This document shows, in pieces, positions 1 through 11,733 of a stretch of 64,000 bases of DNA. The notes below the pieces were generated by a model that worked only from the letters and a program-made list of their open reading frames with translations, was not told where the DNA came from and did no database searches. The translations under genes were made by a program, and so were the position numbers. Position 1 is the stretch's first letter. Every line of letters starts with the position of its first letter. This DNA comes from Octopus vulgaris (Eukaryota): NCBI GenBank assembly GCA_951406725.2, contig OX597825.1, forward strand, positions 67,642,001 to 67,706,000. Direction: 5' to 3'.

Positions 1-185
1 GAGACTTCGGCAGGTGGCGATCCCTGCTGTACTCTTTCGCCACAACTTTCTCTCACTCTTTCTTCTGTTGGCCTGCCCGCTTAGCCAGCGGGGTAGCGTC
101 ATTTGAAGGCTAAAACAATGCGAAACGCATTGTGACCAGCGATTTGTAGCAACATCTGATAGCCTGGTCGGTCACGGTGACGGTC
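1..185 (+). mobile_element. SINE group C fragment (head-1 body plus tail T4), cut by the window edge
   Basis: GATCCCTGCTGTACTCTTTCGCCACAACTTTCTCTCACTCTT is shared with the copies at 8812-9194 and 59441-59744. Confidence 0.75.
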
Positions 186-635
186 AAGGCGACATACGGA
201 ATGCGTACATACATATACAACGACCCACCGCACACACAGACACACAAACACATGTATACCTATATATACACAGATGGAGATTGTCCAGGAGATGTCAAGC
301 GAACTCCCAAGTATTGAAGAAGAGGAAGGCATGCGTAAATAAATACATATGTAAATAAACCAAATATACACATATGTACATATGTACCTACGTATATGAA
401 TCTCTGTTTGTGTGTGTTTGTATAAGAGCATCAGTTTGCAAACTAGTATAATTGTGTTATAATTCGTTTCGTATCATTCAGAAGTTTAATATTTGCAGCT
501 GCCATCTAATATAATCAGCGATCATAAAAAAATCCATTTATTATTTTCCTCACAACTCTTCGTAGACATCATTCCATTGAACTTTTGTCAACATTCAATA
601 ATTAATTGGTGTCAGCTTTGAAATGGAATGACATC

Positions 636-987
636 ATACATATACATATATATACGTATATATGTATCTGTGTATGTATGTATGTATGTATGAATGTATG
701 TATGTATGTATGTATGTATGTATGTATGTATGTATGTATGTATGTATATATGTATGTATGTATATATTTATATGCATATATATATATATACGCATATTTA
801 TATGTATGTATGTCTATATGTATATATGTACATATACACATACATGTAAACATATAGAAGCATGTATGCGCGTACATAGATAGATGAATGGGTATATTAA
901 TGTTATAAATATGTACATTAATATGTTATATACAGGTCTATACAAAATATTAATGATATATAGACACACACACACATATATATATAC

Positions 988-1030
<43 letters not shown>

Positions 1031-1075
1031 AATATATATATATATTCATAAATATATGTATGTATGTATGTACAT
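636..1075. repeat. Compound (TATG)n/(TA)n/(CA)n microsatellite
   Basis: Directly visible; source of the MYVC/IHTY ORFs. Confidence 0.95.
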
Positions 1076-1407
1076 TATATTATGTTAACTTATTTATCTC
1101 TTTACTAAACTGATAATTACAATAATATACATACATATAACATATTCTTTACATATAAGATATAAAATATAGTAATATATAAAATATACCAGTAATTATT
1201 ATAAAAACATGAATATAAATTGGGAAAATAACTTACAGCTGTTTCAGCCAATAGATAAAAATATCTCATTCTACCTTTATGATATATATATATATATATA
1301 TATATAGGAATTCGGGGTGAGTACTTGATAATTATAAGCACCTGTGTATACCGTTTGGTGGTGTAGGTGGTGGAGTAAATTGATCAAAATAAAATAAAAA
1401 CATGATT

Positions 1408-1485
1408 CAGCGGTACATATGTTTCGGGCCTTTATTAGACAGATTTATAACAATGCATAATGTATGTCTGTGGCCTCTTCAGCGG
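1408..1485 (-). ncRNA. Hammerhead-like motif (left arm of the palindrome)
   Basis: Minus strand CTGAAGA-GGCC...GGCCC-GAAA-CATATG-TA; stem I pairs poorly. Confidence 0.5.
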
Positions 1486-1760
1486 CACAACAGCTTCCGC
1501 AAGGACAGTGTTACATCAAAAATTCTTGGTTGGGGATGCAAATCCTCTCATCCACGTACGACATAATGCGGCAGCAGCATAGAATTGAAGCGTCCATCTC
1601 TTTCTTCTCTCAATGTAGAATGAGGAAAATTGTCCTCATTCTACATTGAGAGAAGAAAGAGATGGACGCTTCAATTATGCTGCTGCCGCATTATGTCGTA
1701 CGTGGATGAGAGGATTTGCATCAACCAGAATTTTGATGTAACACATGTCCTTGCGGAAGC

Positions 1761-1835
1761 TGCCTGAAGAGGCCACAGACTACATTATGCATTGTTATAA
1801 ATCTGTCTAATAGGCCCGAAACATATGTACCGCTG
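1761..1835 (+). ncRNA. Hammerhead-like motif (right arm of the palindrome)
   Basis: CTGAAGA 1764-1770, GGCC...GGCCC, GAAA 1818-1821, palindromic ACATATGT, then A; stem I pairs poorly. Confidence 0.5.
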
Positions 1836-1871
1836 AATCCTTCGCATCATGTTTTTATTTTATTTTGATCA

Positions 1872-1937
<66 letters not shown>

Positions 1938-2078
1938 TATATATAACATGTTATACGCATACGATTACATATCACACGTTATATCCCTAAGTATATATAT
2001 ACCAAAACAAAAACAATTACAGAGTGGGAGGTGTTTATAAACCACTTAAAATATATATATATATAGACTTATAAACAG

Positions 2079-2148
2079 AGGCGCAGGGGTGGCTGTGTGG
2101 TAAGAAGCTTGCTTCCGAAGCACATGCTTCCGGGTTCAGTGCCACTGA
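2079..2148 (+). mobile_element. SINE group A 5' fragment
   Basis: GGCGCAGGGGTGGCTGTGTGGTAAG...CCGGGTTCAGTGCCACTG matches the head of 45668-46067. Confidence 0.8.
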
Positions 2149-2169
2149 AATTTGCATCAGTCTTGCCCG

Positions 2170-2766
2170 CCTATGTTTTGGTGTTCGCTGGATTTTCTCT
2201 GGAGAACATACTTTCTTTGCAGTTAGATCGTATGTGATCTACTTCTTGCATATGGCTGTCCACATAGTGGTTTTTTAGTTCTAAATATACACATGTATTG
2301 GAATTTTCTCTGTTTTTTTCAGATTTTTATATGCTAGGCTACTGGTTTTAAATTGATATTAATTAAATTAATATTCAATTTATCTCCCTCATTATCTAAA
2401 TGTTAAAATGATTATGTTCTCTAATAGGCAACATTAACTGCAGTAAATTATTTACTACAGAATTGTTTCCGGAATTTAGCGCGCCAGAACTCAGACATTT
2501 GAAATTAACCCCAATGTAATCGGTAGAACTAAGCACGTGTCTGGTTTTATACAGAAAACTAGTGGTTAGTTTTACAAATTATATTGTTTTTGGAACGATC
2601 GTACTGATGAATCTACGGACGAAAGATTACGTAAGTAATTTATTCGGTAATAGACGAAACCGGTATACGATTAATCCTTGATTAATCCTATGTTCTGGTG
2701 TTCGCTGAATTTTCTCTGGAGAACATTCTTTCTTTGTAGTTAGATCGTATGTGATCTACTTCTAGC

Positions 2767-2770
<4 letters not shown>
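2170..2770 (+). repeat. ~83-bp direct repeats (2170-2253, 2687-2770) bracketing a ~517-nt unit
   Basis: CCTATGTTYTGGTGTTCGCTG...GATCTACTTCTWGCATAT occurs twice, with about 5 mismatches. Confidence 0.9.
2598..2671 (+). ncRNA. Type I minimal hammerhead ribozyme with a nested second GAAA core
   Basis: ATCGTA-CTGATGA-ATCTA...TAGAC-GAAA-CCGG-TA-TACGAT; perfect 6-bp stem I. Confidence 0.7.
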
Positions 2771-2813
<43 letters not shown>

Positions 2814-2879
2814 TGTATGTATGTATGTATTATTAGTGCCGGTTTGAATAAAGATAGGGAATTTCATATTTTTATCATT

Positions 2880-3545
2880 ATCATTTACTTTAACTTCTAT
2901 GCACAGTCCACCCCTGACCTATGTCCCTCAAACTGAACCATCATCACCCACTCCGATCGGTAGACCTGTTTCTTCAAGAATCTGAGAAGCCCATTTTTTC
3001 CGTTGTCTTCCACGTCCTCTTAGGTTTGGGAAGTCACGATAGAATGCCTGCACTGCGAAGTTATTTGCTGGTCTTCATAATACATAGTTCAACCATCTAA
3101 GTTTCTTCAGATTAACTCGTTAATTATGTATGCCATTTTAGCTTTTCTTAGGGAAACTACGCCACTTTCTAAATTATATTTAGTATAATTATCCAAATTA
3201 TTATGATTATACTTAATTGTACTCCGTAATCACAGCATTTAGAATCCTAATCTGTGTATATCTTCAGAGTTTAGCTCCCAGGTTTCTGATGCGTATGATG
3301 CGATTGGAAAAATATATTTTACACTGACTTCGTACACTAACTCCACAAAATGATTGATATCTCACCTGTTCCAGGTCGTGCCTTAGTGTAAGTCATCTTT
3401 TCATGTCCTCAAATCCATTTAGTATCATACAACCAGATGTGACTTGATGTGTACTTCAGACTCATACACTGCGTTCTTTTCTTTGATAGATGGCACAATC
3501 TTATTGTTCCTGCCATGTATTTTCATACACAATTTGCATTACATG
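2880..3545 (-). mobile_element. RTE-clade LINE, decayed 3' fragment
   Basis: Minus-strand translation includes IFPIASYASETWEL and KKLRWLNYVL...RGRGRQRKKW, typical RTE C-terminal motifs. Confidence 0.8.
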
Positions 3546-3795
3546 TTGCGTCTAAATGTTTAAATAGCGGTTATCAAAGTGGAAAAAATACTTGATACCC
3601 AGAGCAAATAATAAATTATAATATGTAATCATATACATAATCTTAGAAATTTTTGTAGGTTCCCCACTACGTCCGTGTGTTAGTATCAAGTGATAATGTT
3701 TGGCGTCGTAAGTTGAGGCTGACACTGAATATGTCCATACAATCAATGCTCTAAATTTATTCCGACAAGTATACACACACACACACACACACACA

Positions 3796-4100
3796 CAAAT
3801 CGACACAAGGACTTATTCTTTGTAAGCCTAGTACTTATTTTATCGGTCACTTTTGCCGAACCGCTAAGTTACGGGGACGTGAAAACACCAACATCGGTTG
3901 TCAAGCGATTTGGGTGGGGGGGGACAAATACAGACACACAAACACACACATATATATATACATATACATATATACGACGGGCTTCTTTCAGTTTCCGTCT
4001 ACCAAATCCACCCACAAGGCTTTGGATTTAGTAGAAGACACTTACCCAAGGTCCCACGCAGAGGGACTGAACCCGGAACCATGTGGTTGGTTAGCAAGCT
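3796..4100 (-). mobile_element. SINE group A (truncated)
   Basis: Matches 25462-25869 and 45668-46067. Confidence 0.9.
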
Positions 4101-5089
4101 GCGTTTAGTTTCTTTTCTGTTTTCTATATTCTTTTGAATATGGAGTGTAACATATTAACCATTCAAGCTAGCTTTTAGTACTACATCACTGCAGTAGCTA
4201 TACAGTTGGGAGTTTTAAGAATTTTCCTTTTTTTCATTACCTTTTCTATTCCTTAATTTGATATTTGTGCAGGAATGCCTGCATCAGATGAAGCAGCTTG
4301 AATTTTTAATATTGCTTCCAGGTTGTACGGAGAACCCAGTGCACGGTTGTCGTTAGACCTTTTTTTTTTTTTTATTCCTAAATGTTTTGGTGTAAAGATA
4401 AAACCTAAAGATCGTATAGATATTTGCAAGTAACATCACGTACTTTGAAAATAATGGCGTATTTAAAAAAGATTTCATCTTGTATTTGATATTTTTGATA
4501 CTGCAAGATTAGTGCTTCAGTATTTATGAAATTGTCATAAAATAATGAGCTAAAATTGTTGCATTATGTTGCATTGGAGTCATCTTCAGAAGATATCAAC
4601 TTATCTAAATATAGCTGATGGTGCTGCTCAGAAAACATTGTCTTTATTTCATCAGACGAAGTAAGAAAGGAATCTGACAGCTTAGGCCGACATCTTCCGA
4701 TAAACAGATCTTCAAATTGATTGTCTTCGTCTTCAAATTGATCGTTCGTAATCTTTAGCAATGCCATACTGTCATAGGTGCCAGTAATTGAAAGATGCAA
4801 GACTAAAAGAGTAAGATTTTGATTGCAGAAAAACTTCAATATAGTTGCAAAAGAAACCAATGAAATCACTGAAAGACACTCAAAATCATCTCCAGTTTTG
4901 TAAGAAGATTAAACATTTTAATAAGTTGCGTGTTGGGTGGGATATCTTAAAGACATTACTAGTAACGAAACATTAGTTAAGTGATTTATGAATGAAACTT
5001 CTTTCGTTAGACTTCTATGAAACTCAAGGTACAATTCCAGATATATAAGTGCAAGATATAATGTTTCCTTTCGGGGATGTTTATTATGA

Positions 5090-5440
5090 TTGTGTCCCTA
5101 AGAATATTTGAGGCCATGGTAGAGAAATGGACAGCCAAGAATGAAAAGAAGATGCTTAAAATATTCAAAAGTTTAAGTGACTGAATATCATGTACTAGAG
5201 AAAAACAAGATAATTGTGGGGAGTTCCAGACAACAACGGTTCGAGGAAAAGATCATTGGAATAAAAGGTATTATGACTAACATATTTTCTCACTAAAGAA
5301 TCGATGCACTTGGGAAAGAAACGGACACCATGTTTATATGTCTTAACAGAGGTTACTACACTGGAAGGTTCATCAGTCTATGGAAAAACTAATAGAAAAG
5401 TCACAACGAGGTAACATTATACCAGTGTAAGCAGTATAAG
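5090..5440 (-). mobile_element. CR1/Jockey-like LINE 3' remnant
   Basis: Minus strand encodes an SFPRTVVVWNS-like terminal motif around 5220-5256. Confidence 0.45.
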
Positions 5441-5749
5441 ATTATTTTCACTTCTGTAAACAGCAGATTCGTTGAGTATTTTATTATAAAATGTGTCCGT
5501 TGATTATCATTTATGTCATCCGTTACACATTAGATTTATGTTTTTATTGGTGTATTGAGTGTCAAATTTAGTTAATAGACACTTTGTGGAAGCGCTTCAA
5601 ATGGCTCGTATCTGTAATTTAAAATCCCAAACGTGTCATATGTTGATTGTACTTGAGAATTACGTTGAGTGTGCTCGTGTCCATTGAACATTGAACATTC
5701 AAAAACAATGTTCACGCTAATGAAGTAGTTCAGTAAGAGATCCAGTCAA

Positions 5750-5910
5750 TTCTGAGTTCAAATTCCGCCGAGGTCTACTTTGCCTTTCATCCTTTCGCGG
5801 TCGATTAAATAAGTACCAGTTATGCACTGGGGTCGATATAATCGACTTAATCCGTGTGTCTGTCCTTGCTTGTCCCCTGTGTTTAGCCCCTTGGGGGCAA
5901 TAAAGAAATA
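5750..5910 (+). mobile_element. SINE group B, 3' part
   Basis: TTCTGAGTTCAAATTCCGCCGAGGTC...TAAAGAAATA matches 46748-46982. Confidence 0.9.
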
Positions 5911-5948
5911 CGAAACATAAAGGAACACATTCTTAAACATGTATATAT

Positions 5949-6002
<54 letters not shown>

Positions 6003-6162
6003 AACTTCAACACACTTTCCATCTCTCAGATTTACTAACAAAGCATTGAGCGGCCCGGGGCAATAGTAGAAGACACTTGTCCGATGTGCCGTACATGGGG
6101 ATTGCACCCGAAATCACATGGTTACAAAGTGAACGTCTTAACCACACAGCCATGCCTGTGCC
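6003..6162 (-). mobile_element. SINE group A, diverged 5' part
   Basis: AGTAGAAGACACTTG...ACCACACAGCCATGCCTGTGCC. Confidence 0.75.
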
Positions 6163-7269
6163 ACCTAGATTACCCTTCGTTGATTCGTTATAATTGTGAT
6201 AATAGAATGTTGATGGCGTTAACATGATCAATGAGGAAGCGAGCAGCATCTATAGTAACCCATTCATCACCAACTCTAATGTTTTCGAAAATTACCTGGA
6301 CGTGTTAAGTAAATTACATATGTCTGTGTGCATTTATGTGTATTTGTGTGTATACAGTTGTTAATATAGTTGTGTGTATAGATTTAGCAAAGTAGTTATA
6401 CTAAGAACATTTAAGCTATTACTCTCAATATGACATTCTTGTATTTCAGCAATAATAATGTGAAGAAGAGGCCAAAGATAATAGCTATTGAATTAAACAT
6501 GACATAGATCTTTTATGCTTTGTTTAGAAATCGCTTCGTAGTAGACAATATACAACACGGAGATAATAGTAACTGATTTTCTGTTTGGCAATTGAAATAT
6601 TTTACTAACTTACAGTGTTAAGTTCACCTCGTTGGTGAAGAAAATCTGAAATATAATTTTCAACTAGCAATAACTACGCTTCAGATAGTTCTCATTGTCT
6701 ATGGTACCAACACTGCCTGTTTAAAGATAATTACGTTGTATATATCACGTGGTTAACACATCTAAATATTGGATAAACGCCATAGCACTGGGACACGTTT
6801 TAGTTTAGAAAATCTTTTTTTTTATTATTGTGAGATATTTTGGCAGAAGAAAATAACAAGTTAATTGTAGCTTAAGTTACTGTAAAATAATCCAAGTTCG
6901 TCTTCTCTCTTGTACAAAACGTTTAAAAGTTAAACCTCATTGATACTTTAGTTCAAAAATAGACTGGAAAATATTCATGTTTAATAATTGGCTGAAAATC
7001 GGAATAAGTATAGATAAATATATCTGTATTGTATTACCATAACCTCTTGAAAGTAACCATGTTTGCTGGTCGTGATCAATAGTTCACGATAATGAACTTC
7101 CGAGTGAGGAGAAGAAATAGTCTATAGTGATTACGGAATAACAGTATTGGCTTGAGTTGTAAGTCGCGTAGGGGAAATATAATACAATGTCTACAACTAT
7201 AACAACTAATATAACAATTTCAAAACTACTTTTAGAAAGCTCATTTCTCCATATCACATTCAGCTCTTT

Positions 7270-7450
7270 TGTTTCTTTCAGTTAATAGACTGCGGCCATG
7301 CTGGGTCACTGCCTTGAAGAGGTTAGTAGAACAAATCACCACCTGTATTTCTTCATATTCTTCTTTTTAAGTCTGTTACTTATTATATAACAGCTAAGTT
7401 ACGGGAACATAACCAACACCTGTTTTCTAGCTTTGTGGAGACAAGCACAG
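7270..7450 (-). mobile_element. SINE group A, diverged 3' part
   Basis: GACTGCGGCCATGCTGG...GCTAAGTTACGGG. Confidence 0.6.
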
Positions 7451-7537
7451 ACATCCCCATACGCGCACGGTACACACATATATTCATTCTCCCCTTCTTC
7501 TTAGCTCCCCTGTGTGAACCCTCTATCAGGCATTCAC

Positions 7538-7715
7538 CATGAAAGATCGTTAGCCACTAAACCTTTTTCTATTTTCTCACCCTGTTTATTTCTGTGTTCC
7601 TGTCTGTCGAAGAGCGTAGGCTCGAAACATAAAAGACTTTCTCACTTCCCGAGCGTTATACTAATACATCTGTTTGTTGTTTACACACCCGTCTTCGTCT
7701 TTTGCTTTTTTGTAA

Positions 7716-7723
<8 letters not shown>
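7538..7723 (+). mobile_element. Dispersed PLE-like 3' end ending in (TA)n (family D)
   Basis: Homologous to 22266-22462; GAGC-GTAG-GCTC-GAAAC hairpin. Confidence 0.6.
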
Positions 7724-7776
<53 letters not shown>

Positions 7777-8401
7777 ACATGGTACACTATTTATAGTTAA
7801 TTTTTTATTTTATCTTTATCTGAGAAATATAGTCCATAATTAGCCTAGCTCTCTGTTTTTGTTTATTTTATTTACGGAGTATTTTCCTCTGATAAACTAA
7901 GTAAATTGGGGCATTTTACTTGTTGGTTACTTAGAATATTATTCATATCATAACAATAAATAAATGTGAGTATTTATTATATATTATCATTATATTATAC
8001 AATTATATCATTATATTATATAATTTTTTTCTTGAGCAATCATCCATATTTGAACGTGTATACGCATATGTATTGATAGAATAAAAATTTTGGATTAGCA
8101 TATTTTATTTCCGTCTGTAAAATTCTGATAATCTTTTTATTTATATAATATTATATATTATTAAAATGGCCAGTGATTATTTTCAATTTAAATACATTTA
8201 GATTGATATTATTGGAGATATACATAAAAAATTTATGTCCGTTGTAAAAATTATTTACTTAATTATTTTATCCATTTGAATTTTGTTGCTCTTTTATTGT
8301 ACTCATTATGTAATTGAATTTTAACGCTCACGCTCATAGACATGCGTATTTTGCAATTTGACAGTCCTTTACATGGAATTTCGTCTGTCTTTTGAACCAA
8401 A

Positions 8402-8480
8402 GCCCTGAAGAGATTTGTAGACATAGACAGGAATTGTTTATAAATCAACTAATGTATATAAGTTGAAATAAATTGTTGGC
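8402..8480 (+). ncRNA. Hammerhead-like motif with an extra hairpin between stem II and GAAA
   Basis: GCC-CTGAAGA, 12-bp hairpin (8412-8446), AACT..AGTT hairpin, GAAA-TAAATTG-TT-GGC. Confidence 0.45.
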
Positions 8481-8811
8481 ATTATATGGTGCGTGTTTTT
8501 AATTTGTTATGCTGTATTATATTATATTTTTTATACAATATTATATTACATTATAATGAAAATAAATTGTTAGTTTGTAAATTGTATTTCTCTATTTAAT
8601 TTAATATTTGTATTTGTATTTACACCTCTTTTTCTTTGGTATTGAACTGCTGCGCCAGTGAATTGAATGTTTTAAATCTCTTTGAAGGAATTGTTTTTTT
8701 TTCTTCGTTTGCTTTATTATTATTATTATTATTATTATTATCAATATATATAATATATAATCAATAATATATATATAATCAATGATATATATATATATAT
8801 ATATATATATA

Positions 8812-9194
8812 TGGAAGCACTCCGTCGGTTACGACGATGAGGGTTCCGGTTGATCCGAATCAACGGAACAGCCTGCTCGTGAAATTAACGTGTAAGTGAC
8901 TGAGCACTCCACAGACACGTGTACCCTTAACGTAGTTCACGGGGATATTCAGCGTGACACAGAGAGTGACAAGGCCGGCCCTTTGAAATACAGGTACAAC
9001 AGAAATAGGAAGTAAGAGTGAGAGAAAGTTGTAGTAAAAGAGTACAGCAGGGATCACCACAATCCCCTGCCGGAGCCTCGTGGAGCTTTAGGTGTTTTCG
9101 CTCAATAAGCACTCACAACACCCGGTCTGGGAATCGAAACCGCGATCCTATAACCGCGAGTCCGCTGCCCTAACCACTGGGCCATTGCGCCTCC
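8812..9194 (-). mobile_element. SINE group C, full length (head 1 plus tail T1)
   Basis: tRNA-like head with A box TGGCCCAGTGG and B box GTTTCGATTCC; tail shared with 36966-37288. Confidence 0.9.
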
Positions 9195-9491
9195 ACCTCA
9201 TATATATGTATGATATACCTTTGTATAAGGTTACCGATAATGGTTCTTTTAACATACTGAACTACTTGGTAAAATTAATAATTATTAATTGATTAATTAA
9301 TTTTACCCTTTATTATTATTGATAATATAATTCACTCCCTGATAGTAAGCTGCAGTTTCTGCGGGATTACTCGTAGCACACGTGAGTGTCTGTATAAATT
9401 CAGAAGTACTTGTTTTGGGATATTAGCTGTGCGATGGTTCTTGGTCAAATGCATATTTAATTATTAGTACTCTCAAATTTATAATTGAAAT

Positions 9492-9565
9492 ACTATACTG
9501 AAAACGGAAATAAGTGAGTGAAAATTAAATTTTACATGTCTTTAATCCAGAAACGCGTATATAGT
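9492..9565 (+). ncRNA. Type I minimal hammerhead, core G8->A (probably inactive)
   Basis: ACTATA-CTGAAAA-CGGA...TCCA-GAAA-CGCG-TA-TATAGT; perfect 6-bp stem I. Confidence 0.6.
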
Positions 9566-9741
9566 TAATCAAAGTCGGATGGATTCGTTATTTTTCTGTT
9601 TACCTGCGTGAGTTGGGAGTATTGCTATCCGAGAGATATCTTATGGTAGTGGAATAGTATTTAACTGCTATTTCTAAATTTCGGTATTTAGTAAAGCAAA
9701 TTTTTGTGAACCCTAATTATAATTATGCTTATAATTATAGA

Positions 9742-9786
<45 letters not shown>

Positions 9787-9789
9787 TAT

Positions 9790-9938
9790 CACGAGCCTCC
9801 ACACAGTTTTTGTCTACCAATTTCAGTCTGATGGCTTAAGATATCCGCTCAGTTGCCCAAAGTGACGCGCAATATGACTGAACTCTAAAGCACATAATTT
9901 CAAAACTAACTTCTTAACCACAAACCCATCCCTGCGCC
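9790..9938 (-). mobile_element. SINE group A, old 5' part
   Basis: GTCTACCAA...TTAACCACAAACCCATCCCTGCGCC. Confidence 0.6.
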
Positions 9939-11415
9939 TTTACTATATATATCCTTTTCGCATTTCCCCCACCTGTAGCATGTCTTTCTAAACGATATGA
10001 GATAGAGAATTGGCTCAAGCCACAGTTAAACCTATCCCTCCGCTGCTCTTACATTGCTAATATTCTTACAAAATATCGCAGCATAGTTGTCGTTCTATCA
10101 AGTCAAAAAACAAATTTATCTACACTCAAATTTTAGTTGCATAAAATTTTGTCCTGCAATAAGTTATTCTCTTTTTTAATATATAATATCATAGAAATAC
10201 AGTAACGTTTCTCTTGTGAAAATCATATAAATTCATGAAATTATGCGATTATTTTTATTTAGTGCAATATTGTCTAGTTTTCTGATAGTCAAATATGTTC
10301 TGTTTTTAGGTAAATTTCAATTCTGGATCATAAAAATTTTGAAATATGCTACATCTGTTTGTTGATTTTTTTAAAACTATTTTATTTTTCATAGGAATTG
10401 GTTACTGTAAATCAATGCTGCTGATATGTCTTGTATGCTTCATTCGAAGCTAATATTAAAATGAAACGATGATCTGTATGTTTTTTCTTAATACGTTCTG
10501 GCAGATACGAACGCAAATATGATTGTCGTTGTTGTGTACGTCACGGGAGAGTAACGTTTCCCTTTTACCAGGATAATATATTTATAACACATTCGGCTCA
10601 CTAGTCTAAACGAACGAATTTGGGATATCAATGTTTCCACATGTTGCATTACGTCAGATGTACAAGGACTTTTGAACCTCGAAATTCAGTGTCTGTGTTT
10701 TTAATTCCTGCGAACAAACAAATTTTCTGATCAGTGCTGATATCTGTCAACCGATAAAAATCTTTACTTGCAATGGGAACGACGAGATCTGAAACGATGA
10801 TTTGTATGTGTATTCATGATACATCCTTCTAGATTCGAACACAAATGTTTTAGTCGTTGTTGTGTCCGGTACAGGCAAACAACTACTCCCTTTTATGAAT
10901 GCAATGCGTTCATAAAACACGCGGCTCATTAGTGCAATGGAAACGGAAAGACCAATATTTTGCCGTTTTATGCTTTGTAAGCCAGAAGTAGCCGGATATT
11001 TGAAACAAAACAAGCAAGTCGTTTTGTTTATAATGATGCTCTTACCATAGGAATATGATTGTCAGCTAACTGATATGATGGAGTCATTACTTTGTTTCCT
11101 ATCACTTGCGCAGTGCTGGGTCAATTACCAATAGATTTAATTCTCTTTAATACTCTTGAATACTTTATAATGATGTTCTTTTCTCTTTACAAATCAGTTG
11201 TTTTGTGTATCTCAGCGAGAAATCATTTTAATGAAGTCATATAACAAAAGAGAACAGGTGCGACCTGTGATTTGTATGTACATTCTTTGCTTTCAATTTC
11301 TTACATAATATTACTTAAATAGCTAACATAGTTATCACCAGATTAGTTCAAACACTTGAAAGTAGGAACCACACAAACTGCTTCATCCTTATAATTGTAA
11401 TATTTATAATTAGAT

Positions 11416-11632
11416 AAGGCAGCGAGCCAGCGAAATCTTTAGCGCGTTGGGCAAATTGTTTAGCGGCATTTCGTTCGTCTTCGCCTTCTGAGTTCAAATT
11501 CCATCGGGATTGACTTTGTCTTCCATCTTTTCGTTGTTGATAAAATAAGTACCATTTGAATACTTGGGTCGATGTAATCGAGGTACTCCCACCACCGGAA
11601 TTACTGGCCTTGTGCCAAAATTTGAAATCAAT
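11416..11632 (+). mobile_element. SINE group B (tail variant 2)
   Basis: AAGGCAGCGAGC head; GGCCTTGTGCCAAAATTTGAAA tail. Confidence 0.85.
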
Positions 11633-11733
11633 ATTTATTATTAGCAATTGACTAATGTTTCCTGACCTAGAAGTACAAAGTTGAATGGTTTTATAGACGT
11701 AGATTTAACAGGAATACAATTACTACGTAGACT

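Larger units (their letters stand above)
1376..1876. repeat. ~250-bp-arm inverted repeat (head-to-head PLE pLTR-like copies)
   Basis: 1376-1626 is the reverse complement of 1633-1876 apart from small indels; centre TGAGGA-AAATTG-TCCTCA. Confidence 0.95.

Noticed and set aside
3914-4108. Recurrent peptides such as GLNPEPCG and [12 protein letters not shown]
   Set aside because: These are translations of SINE A, not a gene family.
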